Below the pieces are notes generated by a model. That model made no database searches. It was not told where the DNA came from and saw nothing but the letters and a program-made list of their open reading frames with translations. A DNA stretch of 64,000 bases from Eledone cirrhosa (Eukaryota), in contig OZ024743.1 of assembly GCA_964016885.1 (NCBI GenBank), positions 264,988,001 through 265,052,000 on the forward strand, in the 5' to 3' direction. Position 1 is the first letter of the stretch. Every line of letters begins with the position of its first letter. Below are positions 62,985 to 64,000 of the stretch, piece by piece. Made by a program: the position numbers and the translations under genes.

Positions 62985-63786
62985 AACGAGTAATCTCTCG
63001 ACTGGAAGGTTCTGAGGATCCAGGAACACATTCTGTAGGCCATGTCAACTTTGCTGCTTATATGCGTGGTCCAGCTTATGTTGCTGTCCACGGTTACTCC
63101 CAAGTCTCTGATGTTGTTAGATGCCACGAGAGTTTCCCCGGAGGGAAGGGAGGACGGGAGTTTCAGAGCATCCTCTTTTTCAAAGTGGATCAGTTCGAAT
63201 TTGTCTTCGTTCAGTAACATGTTGTTCTTTTCCGCCCATTGGGTAACAGCCAGTAGGTCTTACTGAAGGCTTATCCGGTCATCCACGCCATTGATGACCT
63301 TTTGGAGCTTGGAATCATCAGCGAAAATTTTAATGTTGCTGTGTTTGATGATGTCAGTGATGTCATTAATATAGATGATGAAGAGAAGTGGGCCCAACAC
63401 AGTGCCTTGTGGGACACCACTACTGACTTTGGCTGGGCTGGATTTGACTCCCTCAACTACAACATGTTGGATTCTGTTTGACAGGAAGCTCTTGATCCAC
63501 TGCAGCAGCTTTCCAGTGACACCAATATTGGACAGCTTTCTCAGTAGAATGTTATGATCAACCCTGTCAAAGGCCTTGCTGAAATCAAGGTAGATAACAT
63601 CAGTGTTGGAACCCTCTCCCAAGGCTCTCAAAATGTCATCAAAGTGATGCAGTAGCTGCGTCAGGCAATCCCTTCCGTTACGGAATCCATGCTGGTTGGA
63701 GTTCAGCATATTGTTACTCTCAAGGAAGTGGGTCATTCGCGATCTCACCACTCTCTCAAATACCTTAATGATATGAGAGGTGAGTG

Positions 63787-63790
<4 letters not shown>
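62985..63790 (-). mobile_element. CR1-like non-LTR retrotransposon RT fragment
   Basis: ISLTSHIIKVFE, QHGFR, YLDFSKAFDRV, SGVPQGTVLGPLLFIIYIND, FADDSK, W..NNMLLNEDKF; internal stop at 63260. Confidence 0.92.
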
Positions 63791-63862
<72 letters not shown>

Positions 63863-64000
63863 CATGAGAAGAAAGAAGAATACTGCGTGGTTGCAAATGG
63901 GTTACATATGATACAAATAGTCCTTCCTCAGTGATTTTCTAACCATCATTGGTATTTCATCGCATTAAAAATCAAATACCACTGGTTGGTGCGAGCAATA

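Overview
Animal genomic DNA, probably cephalopod (inferred from Nin-type tRNA SINEs and extreme (TA)n content). I could not support any host gene. The window is a (TA)n microsatellite field densely colonised by Penelope-like retroelements (PLEs). Most non-TA islands outside about 35-40 kb are 5'-truncated PLEs or fold-back (inverted plus direct) PLE ends. About ten sequence-unrelated families each carry their own type I hammerhead ribozyme. Most of these have palindromic stem III or loop III, several have 35-105 nt expanded stem II domains, and several have non-canonical cores (UUGAGAA, UUGAAAA, CAGAAGA, CUGAGAA, CCGAUGA). The largest structure is a ~17 kb array (42007-59147): an inverted pLTR plus three 5069-5072 bp tandem copies of a Naiad-type PLE (RT plus GIY-YIG). 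All three copies share the same three ORF lesions. The internal hammerheads are predicted to be broken while the terminal ones look intact. The array appears nested in the 3' UTR of another Naiad-type element. Also present are two other PLE lineages, two Nin-type SINEs, a CR1-like RT fragment, a candidate MITE, and a 200-N gap flanked by a probable false duplication. All RNA folds were done by eye and none was computed.
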